From NCBI GenBank assembly GCA_015680685.1, contig MNCI01001921.1, forward strand, positions 335,549 through 399,548: a stretch of DNA of 64,000 nucleotides. The letters are read 5' to 3'. This DNA is from Gnetum montanum. Its lineage: Eukaryota; Plantae; Gnetophyta. A program made the translations under genes and the position numbers. The notes beneath the pieces are model-generated. The model did no database searches. It saw only the letters and a list, made by a program, of their open reading frames with translations, and was not told the DNA's origin. Position 1 is the stretch's first letter; each line of letters begins with the position of its first letter. Shown here piece by piece: positions 27,242 through 40,399 of this stretch.

Positions 27242-30084
27242 ATACCTTTCAATAGTCTAGAATTAACCCTCTTATTTTGATCATACAAGTTATGAAAATA
27301 GGAAACTACAACCTAGAGATCCTCTTGGGCATATGGGAAGAATCTAATCAAGGTTGAGGCATAGTTGTGAACAAGTTAAAGAAATATTTGTATTTCATAT
27401 TACAAATGGCAAAGCAAACAATGGGTTTTCCAGCCTAGTCAATTCAATATGGTAGTGAGCACAAGCTTTATGATCTACAAGTGAGAACTAGATACCTAAG
27501 TCTCATGTTTACTTGCCTATATTTATAAGATTCTTAGATAGTATTTTCACTTTTGAAATTTAATTGATGTTTGCCTAAGGTGAATTTATTGATGTGGTAA
27601 TTTAGCCATAAATTCTAACTGTTAATATTTTCTTGATTCCAAACACCTCAAACACTTATTACTCATACATGTGGATATAGGAAATATCATATTGATGAAT
27701 ATCCTTTAGGCACAAATGCAATTGTTGTGGTTATTTCTTATACATGGTAAATTATTACAATTGAAATAATAATTTGTGTAATGATTTGTTATCAAATAAA
27801 ATATTTACTTTTAAAAAATATTTTATCATTTATTATGATTGTAGATATAATATGAAGAATGCTATGATCCTAAACAAATCTTTAATAGAACAAGATTTTT
27901 GTGATGGCCATATTTATGAAGTATGTCTTAACTTATTTATTCATCATTAGATAGTTTTTGAATTTAGAAGTACTTCCATTTTCTATAACTTAAAATATCT
28001 TTCATATCATTAATTTCTGAATATTTTAACCATGTAAACACTTATCATGCATAGTTTGTATTACTTGTGTTATAATCAATATGAAAAACATAATTACTTT
28101 TTTATGTTCTTTTTGATTTTTAAGAAATCTGTTTTGTTCTTTCTAATTATGTTTATTGATCTTACTACTCAAGATCTTATTGCAAAATATGTCACTCATT
28201 TTTAATACTTAAAATGAAAATTTACAGGTTAAAATATTTGCAGATTAAGATTATAGCCTTCAATGTCAAAGGTGGTGGGTGCTTTAACAACCTAAATATA
28301 CAAGGAACAAAACCAAGTACTGTAACAACCTAAAAATGTGCTAAAAATTTTAGGTGGCTTAGGAAGGATGACTTTCCCTTGACTTTTTACTAGATGCCAA
28401 GCCATGATGCAAGAAATCTAGACTTGTCTTGTTATGAAGTATTCTTTGAAGAAAAGTTTTCCAAATGGCTGCTAAAACTCAACTTGGAAAATAATATGAA
28501 ACACGTTTATAATGTTGCATAACTGGCAATGAAATCAACCATTATTTAATTCTAAGAAAACGAGTGCCCTTGAAAAAATTGGAACTTATTAGATAATAGT
28601 AGCATGACCTCTTGCAAGGCTAGCATGTGTACATTGAGAAAATATCCTTTTTATGTTAAGGATGACTCATGTTAATGCTTTAGAAAAGAAAACCCTAGTA
28701 GCTAGGAAGTTTGAAACTATGGCTAATATGGTATGACTAGGAAATTGAGGTGTCTTCTAGACATTATTTTCTTGGAATTAAACTCTTATGTCTAAAAGAC
28801 CATACATTGACACTACTTACCAAATCAAACAATGTAAAAAAATTAGGAATTCTAAGATATTTTTAATTGTTGGATTGATCATTGACCAATTGACAACTAT
28901 TTGACTTGCTGATGAGATGATTAGCTTAGTTTTCCTAGAAAAAATTTCATCTATAATATAAAAAAAATATGTCCATAATTTTTGAAAAATTTTAGGGAAA
29001 AATATGGAATTATTTAATAATTAAAGAGAATAATAATAATAACACCTTTGGCTACAACTTTGTCAAGTAACATGTTTAGAAAGGCATCTTTTTTTACTTC
29101 ATGGCTTTGGCTTTTCCTTAATTAAATCCATTTTTTATATAGTGGCATAATTCTCTTCTTCACCATGCAATGTTGTTTTATTTAAACATGCATAAAGAGC
29201 ATTAAAATAGGTGTTATTCTTGTCTACCACACTAATCTTTGATTTTTGAACCTTTGTTTATTCTATTTGCATGTTTTCATGTTTGTTTAAAACATGTATC
29301 TGTGAACTTGTTTGGACACTTTCTTGTGTATCTAAATCTTCTAAAGCTTAGATAAATAAGTGCCATGCACAATGCAAGGAAGAACTTGCATTACAAGGAA
29401 AGGAAAATAATACCATTATATTATACTAAGACATGATTTCATTTCCTATTATTCACATTTTTAAGTATTGGTATTGCCTTATTATAGTAGTAATTATTTA
29501 ATATGAACATATGTGCTTGAATTTGGAGACACACACTATTGATTTGACAAAAACAAGAAATAGAAAAGATAGCACTATGAAAATTTTTGAAATATCTAAG
29601 AAAGATGTAGGTTATAGCAATTTAATTGATACAAATGGAGTTCCATATGTTCGGCAAGTTATGTGTGTGGCATTACATTTATGGTATCCTATGGGTACAC
29701 TGGATACATAAATTATTGTCACTTACAAGTTAATTTTTTAGTTTCTTAAGAGTATTGCAAGTGGAGAACCTTATTGTTCTGTCATCAATACCGTAACTTC
29801 AAAAATTATGTTGCATAATTGTAAAGGAGTATAGGCTAGTATTGTTAACTATGTGGCTACCGTAGGCACAAAAATGAATGATCCAATGTAGAAGGTACTA
29901 TATTAGTGCTCAATTTAACTTAAGAAAAGGTTACAATTAAGGCAAAATATGAACATTGGCTTGTTAAAATGGAAATGTAAATTTCATTTGCAAACTTGAA
30001 GTTTACAAAATGAAAAAGGTAGGTTTTATAATATATGTATTTTTAAAAAATAGATTTGGTTTAGTTTTAGAACCATAATGTAGA

Positions 30085-30265
30085 GTGATGCTAAGGTGCT
30101 TATTTCTCAAGTTGTAAGGCTTGGGTTTGAGTCTAAGCATAACCACTCAAAAGGAGGTTAGGCTTTTGCTAATCTATTGACCCTTCTAGGACTTTCCATT
30201 GGTGGGATGAGTATTGAGCCTCTAGGTGATGGTCCCTTAGATTTGGTTGAGTTTATTCAAAAAAC
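30085..30265 (+). mobile_element. tRNA-derived SINE, copy 1
   Basis: B-box-like GGGTTTGAGTC, a body similar to 37020-37201, and a terminal A-run. Confidence 0.65.
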
Positions 30266-31504
30266 TATGGATATTGCTTAAGTAGTGTATTTTCTTTACA
30301 TTTTACATATCAACATGAGTACATGAAATAAGAGATTAAGAATATTACAATTAATCATGCAGACTACAATTAACATTGAGCAATGCCTATGCTAATTCAC
30401 GATTTGGAGTGGGTTGGTCATTCTTAAAAAATTATATACATGCTTAATGATGTGAAAAAATAATTATAATATTTTTTCCATGATGCTTCAAATCATACTA
30501 GGTTTTCTCAACACTTGCAATTGATTTCTCCAAGAGAAAATGTTAATGGCTAGTTGAAATATAATTTCAAAAATATCATTTAGTTGACTATACAAATTAT
30601 TACCTTCAAGTGTAAATTTTTTTTTTCTTATCATTACCTTTTAGTTCCAAAAAATTTTGATGAATCAATAAACGATGTTAATGCTTATGTTTTTTAAAAA
30701 ACTCTATATGTTAGTATACAAGTTCGTCATGGTCAAAATCCTCAAATTAGAGACAAGTTTAGCAATCAACATGGACAGAGAGACCTTTGTTTACAAGTAT
30801 GGCATGATATTGATAGGCCATTTTCAATAGTTATAAGAATGCATCAAGACATTATATTTAATCCATATGTTTTTCCTTCTAGAATGACTATTGGAATGAT
30901 TCTTGAGTCTATTTCTAATAAGGTATGCCTTTTATATACTATGGCTAACAGAAAAGAATTACCTTTTTGATAGAACAAAATTATATTTAAATAAGTGCTA
31001 TATTTGAAATTTTTAGGTATTTTTTGAAGGAAATTAACTACCCGTTTTAAAATTGGGTTAGTGCAAATTTTCAACAAATCTCCAGTTAATGTTTAAATTT
31101 TAATATTAAAAAAGTTATCTTTTTAGCTAGTTAACAACAAAGAGATTTAACATTCTGTATTAATTTCATTTATTTAAGGTGTCTTTGATTCCATGAAATG
31201 TGAACATTAACTATTTGAAAAATTGCATTGGAGAACCGATGGCATTTGTATCTCATAGTTAAATAGATGAATTGCTAGTTAGAAAATATGGGAGAATTGA
31301 TCCAGGTTTTGCATAGTATTGGCAAGCTATGATCTAAATATTCAAGCATGTTCAAACAAGTTTATGTGGACTTTTTTTAAAAAGTCATACTTTGGGGAAT
31401 GAATTACAAACAAAATAGGAACGTGAAATTTATACAAACTCAAACCAATGGAGACTTATTCCCACCATCAGAATACATGATAGAGATTATAAATCATTCC
31501 ATGA

Positions 31505-31710
31505 TTAGATGGATATGGAGTGTATTGTGCATTGGCAGAATAGGACATACATTCAAAACCAGGATTAAAGAGTATGAAGAATATGAATAGAAAAATATTC
31601 ACCTACAAAACATCTCTAAGAACAAAAAAACACAAAGAAATTGAATTTTAAAGATGTTGAAGGTCTAGCTACTTTAAATAATAACTATTATCACAAAATT
31701 CCCTCAACTC
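31505..31710 (+). pseudogene. Penelope-like element GIY-YIG endonuclease remnant
   Basis: CIGRIGHTFKTRIKEY resembles the PLE pattern YIGxTGRxxxTRxKEH. Frameshifted KHKEIEF / FKDVEGLATLNNNYYHKI follows, as in PLE C-termini. Confidence 0.6.
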
Positions 31711-32456
31711 TAGGATAATGTTTCAGGAAAATAAAAAACCAAAAGTTGCACGATAACAAATAGATTTTCCTCTTCTCAATCTTTCACTCATCCTAACTTA
31801 CATAAGCCTTAAAAAATTTGTTGCAATCTTGAAAATTGTTACTCTAATATAACAATTGAATTCAATACTATCATTCTCTTTATTTCCACTAGCTAAAAAG
31901 GTTTGTTATTAACAATATAAAAAAAGTTGAGCAAATTGTTACTGTAACATAACAATTGAATTCAATACTCAATGCAATCTTGCAATCTATTTCTAGTTCA
32001 ACAGAAACTTGAATAAAGGTTTGTTGTTATTCTTAAATAAAAAACTATAGAAAGACCTTTTCTTTTGCTTCAATAAATAATTGGCACTTTTACTTTTTTA
32101 TTCTTCATTTTTTTGATTGATGAAATCAAATGATAATGTTTTTCCCAAATCTTAACTTTGATAGAAAGAAAATATTTGTTTTGTTGATTTTATTTTTGAA
32201 AATAATTACAACATATGTTATTTTAGAATTTTTTTGGTGATTTTTTTTTGAATTTACAATTATTTTTAAGATGGAATATCCTTACAATAGAGTCTGTTTG
32301 TTTGTGAACACCCGAACAATCTATTGAATGAGTTTAAGTTTGTATTTATCTCAACATAGCATATTGGGAAAGAACATGTGACATGTTATGTTAAACACCA
32401 AGATACAACCAATTTGATTTATGAATTCTATCACAAGTATTGAATGTGTAGGACCT

Positions 32457-32670
32457 TACTTCTAGTTTGTATGCATATAGGATGTGAAACTTATTGTCTT
32501 GTTCAAAAAAAAAATACAAAGACTATTATACTTCTGGTTTGTATGCATATAGGATGTGAAGATTATTGTCTTGTTCAAAAAAAAATTCAAAGACTATTAT
32601 ACTTCTAGTTTGTATGCATATAGGATGTGAAGATTATTGTCTTGTTCAAAAAAATTATGAAGACTATTAT
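32457..32670. repeat. Tandem repeat, ~70 bp unit x3
   Basis: acttct(a/g)gtttgtatgcatataggatgtgaa..ttattgtcttgttcaaaaaa...aagactattat repeated three times. Confidence 0.93.
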
Positions 32671-34789
32671 GTATGTGTGTGGTCAAAGTTTTGAAGATAT
32701 TTTTAAATTTTTTTTAAAGTATTTTAGAGATAACACAAGGAAATGTTTAAGGTATTTGAAGGAAGAACCATTGTTAGTCTCTTTGTCCATGTTGCTCAAG
32801 ATGAATAATATTGGTTCAATCATATAGCCTAAACTTCCAATTTATATTTTGATACATGAATGAATTTCCAATTAAGCTTACCACTCCTTAGCAATAAGGG
32901 TAGTCTAGATTTTGAGCTACAAGGACACAATAGCCAAATCATGTAGAACCATTTTATGTTATGTTCAACAAACAATCAAAATGCAAGTATCTCCTTAAAA
33001 TATTTTGGAATATTCAATCATTGATATTTTTGGCTGATTATAACATTGTCATACATTCACCTGTTGCTATGAAAGGAATTAGTAGATCCATCTATTTCAC
33101 TTATTTTCAACACATTATGTTTTCATGCTTGGAGATTGAATTAATGTATCAGAAAAAAATAACAATAATAACCAAAGGTTAGGAGATTAAGGATCAATCC
33201 TTCATCGAATAATCTTAATTATGACTCTAAGTTCATTCGTCAATTCTCTTTGTTACGCTAGTTTCTCAATTTTGAAAAAAAAGCCTTAATAATATTTTCC
33301 TCCCTCATTACTTTCATGCTATATATCAAACTTTGTTTTTTCACTTTAAAAATATGAATTTTTAAATACGCTTTTTAGATAAGAAAATCCCACCATGTAG
33401 TGCACTTAACTCTTACAGGTTTGTTACATTGCTAGCCATTTCTACCCTACAATGGGCTAGTGATGCATATTACTACATATGGATTGTCAACATAGCTCTT
33501 AGGAAATTCCATCTTTTTAGATTTTGTTGGGTGTATTTACCCAATGATTGTTATGATGTAGTTTGTCCTAGTTGGTAAAGATTACAAATTTTCTAGGAGA
33601 GTGATGAAGCCAAGCCTATTATTCTACTTAACTCCTAGAGTTATGCCTCTAATTCTTCATCATCATCATTCTAGCTTGGTCCAAACAAAATGGAGTTTTT
33701 TAGTAGCTATGCCCTTAATTGTAATCCTTAAAATCTATTTTTGATACATTATAAATACATTGCAGTATGAGTTTGTAATTTTCATCCTTGATTTTAAGGA
33801 ATTCACATTATAATAATTATCCCTAATTTTGGATTCTAAGTGTACATTGTTTATTTTTTCTCTTTGTTATCCCCCCCCCTTCCCTAGAGGAGGGGCCATC
33901 CCTCCCCAACCATGATGTAAATCAATAGATTATATAGTATTTTCCTTTAGTAATATAATCCTAAACATTATCTCAAAAAAACCTACAAATTGCTTACTAT
34001 CCTTACTTTAGTGGTTTGATAATTTGTAATTGTTAATGATTTCTATGGTCTAAGGACCTATTTGAAGGAGGAGGTTTTGAGGTGGAGGTAGAGAGTGAGG
34101 TTATGCTATATTCACTAAAGTTAGACATTCAGTGAGTAAAAATATTTTGTCTTATTGTGAAACTTCAATCATTAGCAGAAATAGAAAGAAAGGATAATTA
34201 AGATGTTGGCATTGTGTTAAAATTGAACATTTAAAGAAAGATTTGCCTTGTATTGAAGGATCACCTCAACCTAAAACATGATGATGCTAACCTCAACAAA
34301 GTTGGTCACTTTGGATTAGCAATCATTGAGAGAAGTAAAGTGTTGTAAAAATTTTAATATTTTGAGCTAGGTCATGCTATTCTTATAGATTTATAATTAA
34401 AAATAAAAGGGAATTTTATCTTCTTTGGTGTTGAGTTAGTGCTATCATATTTGATTGTTGTGTCTCTTGTTATTTGTTGACACATGAAGACACCAGTTTC
34501 CTACACATTCCTGATGGTGCCTATACTTGTTTGTATTTCATGTGTTCATTCACTTAATGGAGATCTTATCCATGTGGATTTTCATGTGAAGGATATTCAA
34601 CAAAAGGTAGTAAACACTTATCTAGTTCTACATGTGCTAGTTTCTTTGTGTCTGGTGGAAAAAAGTTTCCAAATGATGATGTTACACTTTGTGTATTTTG
34701 AAAAAAGTTTCCAAATGATGATGTTACACTTCCATCATAACCAAAAGCTTATGTGCTTTCAATTCTTATCTATTGATCATTTGGTACAA

Positions 34790-35198
34790 GTAAAGGTAAC
34801 TGGACCAATTAATCCTATTCAGAGGAAACCCATAAATGGCTAGAAAGTTGCTGGAGGTATTCCATTTGGAGAAATGGAACATGATTTTGTTCTTGCTCAT
34901 GGAGCTTCTTATTTATTACATGATAGACTACACACAAATTCTGATTGCCATGTTGCTGATGTCTATTCAAAATGTGGAAATCTGTTATCAACTATGTTTT
35001 CACCTGAAAAGCCAAAAACATGATTTGTTTGGTCATTTGCATGTTCCCCACAACAACATGAAGAAGAAATTCTGCAAGGTATGCAATTCAAGTCAACATG
35101 TTAATTCAACAACAATGCCATATGTATTTTGCTACCTGGCATCAGAATTAGGTGCAATGAATAGTAAGTTGTCCCTTAATATTGCTGATGATGCATAA
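34790..35198 (+). pseudogene. NRPA2: Pseudogenised terminal exon of RNA polymerase I second-largest subunit
   Basis: [62 protein letters not shown], then after a frameshift [48 protein letters not shown] is the Pol I-type form of the clamp-region motif. Contains in-frame stops and a frameshift. Confidence 0.92.
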
Positions 35199-37019
35199 AG
35201 GTATCATTCAATGATCTATATGGTGCATCTAATTTTTAAATGTGTATTTCATCTACAAATTAAAATGGTGGTGCTAGTTAGAATAATGATAAAATTATTG
35301 GCACCATTAATTCACATTATTACTTAGTGCTAGGAAGAGATGGGTTCTCTATGCTTGTCCTAAGCCAAAATTTTGATTTATGGATTTTGGTATTCTAGTT
35401 AAACAGATGGCTTTTCATATTCTTAATAGTAGCATAGGCAAGAATTGAGAGCATCCTATGCTAAAATCTAATTATAAAAGCAAAACCATAATTTGATAAG
35501 GCTTTCTTAATGTTTCATTTTTACTTAGTGACTTTTTAGTTGGTTGGAATTCTTCTTTCATTCTCTCTTAGTTGGGTGTACATTAACACAAAAGCGTTCT
35601 TATTCATGTACACTCCAATTTTTCAAGTTTCAAATTTTTTGGATGATGCTAATTAATGATTTTATTTATGTATTTTTACATATATTATCCTTTTTACCAT
35701 TGTTAATAGCTCATCTTTTCTAGTGCTCTTTGAAAGTGAAGTTTTTCTTGGAAATAATGTTGATTTTATTGTAAATGATCCAAGCCCACATAAAATTGAT
35801 TAAGTAATTGAATTATTCTAATGAAAATACCTCAAAGTTAGGATGAATTCTAGCGATCTATTTTGTTGTAAATGATTCATTTCTTATTATGACCTCTTTG
35901 ATTTAGCCTATTTTTCATGGATCAATTGTTGATTAAAATCATTTTGATTTCTAAGTAAGCTTGACTAGTTGGTGAATATGCTTAGAATTGTACTGCACAT
36001 CCTCCTAAGAGATATTCCATTTTCATAATCATATTAGAGAACTAACAATATTTTTTAAGTGGTTAGCTCATTGTTGTGTTAGGCAAAAGGTTGCTAGTTT
36101 GAGTCATACTTGAACAAGTCACAAAAACAAGGTAGTGACTTAAAAATATTCATGCATAAAGAAACATAAGCTTTAGCAAGGAAGTTGGCCCTTGAAGATT
36201 ACTATATAGCTTGGAAACTATTTGATGTAGGCCTCATAATGATTGTAATTTAAAGTATACATTTATTGAAAGGATTGATTGTGGAGCAATTATGACATTA
36301 AAAAATCCAAAATCTTAAAGCACTAGAAATATTTTAAAATCCCAAGATCAATAAATTTTTTTTAAAATCATAGAACTCTAAAAATAATTTTTTAAAAAAA
36401 TTGAAAAGTCCTAAAAATATTAAATTGTATATCTTTAGAAATCTCAAAAAACCTTGAATTTAAGACATTGTTTTCTAACAAGAAAACCATGTGGCATATC
36501 TTCTTTTTTCATAGTATGCTTCTCATTGATTACCTATAGAATAGACAATTCATGATATATTAAAAATATATAAAATTTGATGATTAAGTTAAGATATTAT
36601 GTTAAAGGTAAACAATTCAACAAAAATCTCATTAAAATTAGTTTTGAATTTTCTATGCATGCATAATGCAATGGTTTAACTATAAGTGCATAATCTCCAT
36701 AAATGTAGACACACTAGTTGTTACTAAAGTAACTATTAATCATGTCACATATTACAAACAAATGTACAAAAGAGAATTTTTAATGTATTTACTAAAATTG
36801 GATGTATTTATTAAACTTGGAACTTGAGAATCCATTAAATAATCATGTAGTCCTAGCAACAACATTAGCTTTAGAGAACTCATATTTGCAAATACCATTT
36901 AAGGATATCTCTATATATAGACTCTTACTTAAGAATATACCTCTTTGCTACCTTTTTATCAAGAAATAAATGAATAAATTACCAAATTATAACTACATAC
37001 AATTCATAAATGTATACAA

Positions 37020-37201
37020 GCACATTGATTGTAAGATGTTTGTTTCTCAAGTTTTAAGACTTGGGTTCAATCTTAGGTACAACCACCTAAAAGAGGTTAT
37101 GTTTTTACTCATTCGTTGAACTTTATAGGATCTTAACTTGGCAAGATAAGCATGGAGTCTCTCAATGATGATCCCTCATAGGAGCACATTGATTGAAAAA
37201 A
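37020..37201 (+). mobile_element. tRNA-derived SINE, copy 2
   Basis: tttctcaagtt.taag.cttgggtt...aaccac..aaa.gaggtta shared with copy 1; B-box GGGTTCAATC; A-tail. Confidence 0.65.
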
Positions 37202-37399
37202 CTAATTTAGGATAGAGATTTGAACATCATTCATCAAAAAATTATGATATATTAGGATGGAAATTAGATTTAAATTAGTATCTTTCATCAAAGAAAACTT
37301 ATATTTCACTCTTCTCAAAATTCATACTTTTGAAAAAAAATTTAACTTTAATTTAAGTAAAAGATTTAATTATTATCTTCAACAAAAATAAACAATAAA

Positions 37400-38400
37400 T
37401 AATGTCACTTAAGGCTCCATCTTGACTGCTTCTGTTGTTGAACAAGTTCGCCATGGTTTGGAGTAATTGTTGTGGCATGTTGTTGGAACTTACCTTATTA
37501 CTTTCCCTTCTCCTTAGAGGCATCTACAAAAACTAACTCTAATCATTGATCTAAAACCATGCTATGATACCAACTTTTCACACCCCACAATTTAACTCAT
37601 AAAATTATTCCTAATTAAATTACACAAACCTTATGGTTAGCACAAGTGTAGTCATAATTCTTATAAACTTAATAAAAAATCATCCATAAGCATCATAAAA
37701 CTTAAACCAAAGTGCAAGATAAAATAGAATATCCACATTAGAGTGCTCATAATATAACTCAGAAATCTAAAAGAGTTGATAACAAAGTTCATTAATCTCA
37801 TTATAGCATAACCATCAATACATGAAATCTCATAGAAAACTAAATATGGGAACAAAAGAAAGAAACTCCATCAATCAAGCTCCATTACCATCAAGCTCCT
37901 AGCTTTTGCCACCTAAATCTACATACAAACATGCATGAAGGGTCAAAAACCTTCTAGTAAAGCCTACCACCTTAGTGTAGCTAGAACAAGCTGTAGGATG
38001 TGACCACATGCTATATAAAATATCATCTCAAGATCAACAAGATAAAATTTATAATGAATATTGAAAACCATGATATCCACAGAATGTCAAGGAAATAGAT
38101 TAACTAGAGTTGCCCTAGAATTGACCATCTTAAAGGACTAGTTGGTCCAAAAAGGTTTCACCTATCTTGGATGCTTTCAATGACTCTCTCGAAAGATTAG
38201 TTGACCATAGCTTATTTTATCTTGGATAGATCAACTCTAAAAACAACACTATGTTTACATACTCCTATCATTCTAAATTATGACACTCAAAAATTAGTAA
38301 CATGAACCATCACAAGTGACATGAGTAAGTAGAGGGACTAAAACCTTAAATTATTGACTATTTATAAGATGACGACTAACCAAGATAAATTAAGTAAATA
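37400..38400 (-). mobile_element. Gypsy 5' LTR fragment with tRNA-Met PBS and gag start
   Basis: Minus strand GGGGTGTGAAAAG then TTGGTATCATAGC (decayed TGGTATCAGAGC, ~37561-37573), then ATG CCC TCT AAG GAG AAG (MPSKEKGK). The distal LTR boundary is uncertain. Confidence 0.65.
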
Positions 38401-38488
38401 CATAACATATTAACATTTTGCATGCTTTAACAAAGTGAAAATTGGCGCATTGTTAGAATATGGAAAGTGAGTTTAAATGTCTTTGCAG

Positions 38489-38701
38489 GAACATATTGGA
38501 ATAGATCAATGGACCTAGAGTAAGCATGCAGGTACTAGACCTCTTAGATTTAAACAAAAATTCATTCAAAAAGCAACACAAATGTCCCGATTTGCTCTAG
38601 ATTTATTTATTTTTATTTCAATATATATATTACAGGTTTCAGGTATAGAGCGGCAACATAACTACCACTTCACAGTACATCCTATGCTTAGCCTTCCGTA
38701 A
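38489..38701 (+). pseudogene. Orphan two-exon gene remnant (exons 38489-38531 and 38636-38701), product unknown
   Basis: Acceptor TTGCAG|G, donor CAG|GTAC, T-rich 104-nt intron, acceptor TTACAG|G. Spliced reading is NILE*INGPRVSMQ|VSGIERQHNYHFTVHPMLSLP*. Confidence 0.45.
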
Positions 38702-39923
38702 TCGTTGGTGGTGGCAGGCTGTCTCCATTCTTGTATTGGTTTTAGCTCTTCAAAAAAATTTTAAAAAAAATTATTTGGATACCTGCAGGCACGTGAAAGC
38801 TGAAAGTATTCTTCCCCTAAAATAAACTTAAATTTTACTAAAACAAGAAGCATCCATAAGCAGATAAAAAATAGCATCCAGCAACTTGTTTTTCCCTGAT
38901 AAGATGAGATTATGTTTGGACTTTAGCTATGGATATTTCATCATCTTGTTTTACAGCATGTATGCTTTGGTTTGATTCACTATCCTTGCAATGGGTACTG
39001 TTAGGTTTTTGGTTGATCTCTAAGATCACATCAAGCAAATTCTTGGTTATATTTCATATCTAAATTTTGATAACTAATAAAATCCTTTTGAGTTGTTTTA
39101 AAAAATGAAAAGGTTCATTCCTAGCTAGCTAAAATGGATTTTGAGATTCCTGACGATGGTTTTGTGAAGTTTAAATTCCTACACTAATTTAATTAAGAGA
39201 GTTCTCATATTACCATAGTTGAAAAACCTTTCTCCATATATTGTGTTACACAGGATATATGAGATGAAGTAATGAATGTAGCAAACAATAGCAAACATGC
39301 TAAAGGAGCCTCTAAAGGATTACATAGGTTGATGAGATCTAATCCACAATAAAGCCAACAAAGGTTTATTGCACTTTTCTGGGACATTAAGATCTATCCT
39401 CTAGCCTACTATAGGTTAATATGAAAGTAAGATTTAAGCTAGCAAAGTACATCTCACTACACCCAAAAATTCTACAACTACTATATCATAAAATTTGTGA
39501 ATGCGGATTTGTAGTAGAGGACTTTAATAGAGATAAACTACATAGGCAGGTTTAAAACAGAATTTAACCTAACCATTAATATAGTATAATAATAAAGTGA
39601 CTTTAAAATGTAGCCACACATGCAATTTAACAATGCATTTATATATATTTTCTTTACACCTACCTGCTAACCATCATCACTTGCAGCCAAATTAATGTCT
39701 AGTTGTTAAGAGATGCATTCTTTTGTTCATTTTCTATCCCTCAAATCTTCATTTTACAACATATCAATATCTCTTACATCTAATATTTAAGAAAATAATC
39801 GCTAGCTGTTTAAATAAAAATAATTTCATATACTTTTTGTAAGGCAACTTGTATAGGCACTCATATTCATTTATAATCATCCTTGTCTAGGTACTTGTAT
39901 AATCATCCATGATTAGCAACGAG

Positions 39924-39993
39924 GTATTAGCTTAGTGGTAAAACTTTTCATTTAAAAGTTCCAAGTCATGGGTTCAATTTTGATGGGAAATAC
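39924..39993 (+). other. tRNA-like remnant (SINE head or tRNA pseudogene)
   Basis: GTATT...AATAC closing stem, A-box-like TAGCTTAGTGG and B-box-like GGGTTCAATT. The internal arms do not pair well. Confidence 0.5.
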
Positions 39994-40399
39994 TAAGTTA
40001 TCAAGTTCGATTTAGCTCCAAATTTAAACAAAAAAGCTCCTTGTAAACACTGAACAATTAGTTTGTTTGCTACAATATTAATTTCTTTTTATTGGAGGCT
40101 CAAGGATGAGAAGCTTTTAGCTTTTGTTGGTATTTTCTCTTTATCTCTATTTGATGTATTCTTTTTTTCTTTAGAAAGAGTTTTCTTCTTCTCTTTACAA
40201 GAAACCCTTTAATAAGAAGTGAAAACTCATGAGGGTGTTTCTGAATAAGAACAATATCTGATCCTTGTCCAACCCTAAAGGAGAGGTTTTTTAAGACTGT
40301 AAGAACAAAAACCTAAAAAGACATCCTAAAAAATATTGGGCTTTCTCTTTAGACTCTCTCTTCAATGATCTGATGTACTCTAAAATTTTTTAATACTAT

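Noticed and set aside
28230-29900. Possible decayed DNA-transposon (hAT-like) coding remnants
   Set aside because: No catalytic motif, TIR or TSD could be established by eye.
32457-32670. Repeat array considered as CRISPR-like
   Set aside because: Whole units repeat with no unique spacers, there are no cas genes, and the context is eukaryotic.
34484-35198. Two ~120-aa ORFs as intact genes
   Set aside because: They are partly out-of-frame pieces of the NRPA2 pseudo-exon and its upstream sequence.
39924-39993. Functional tRNA gene
   Set aside because: The anticodon and T arms do not pair convincingly, so it is kept only as a tRNA-like remnant.
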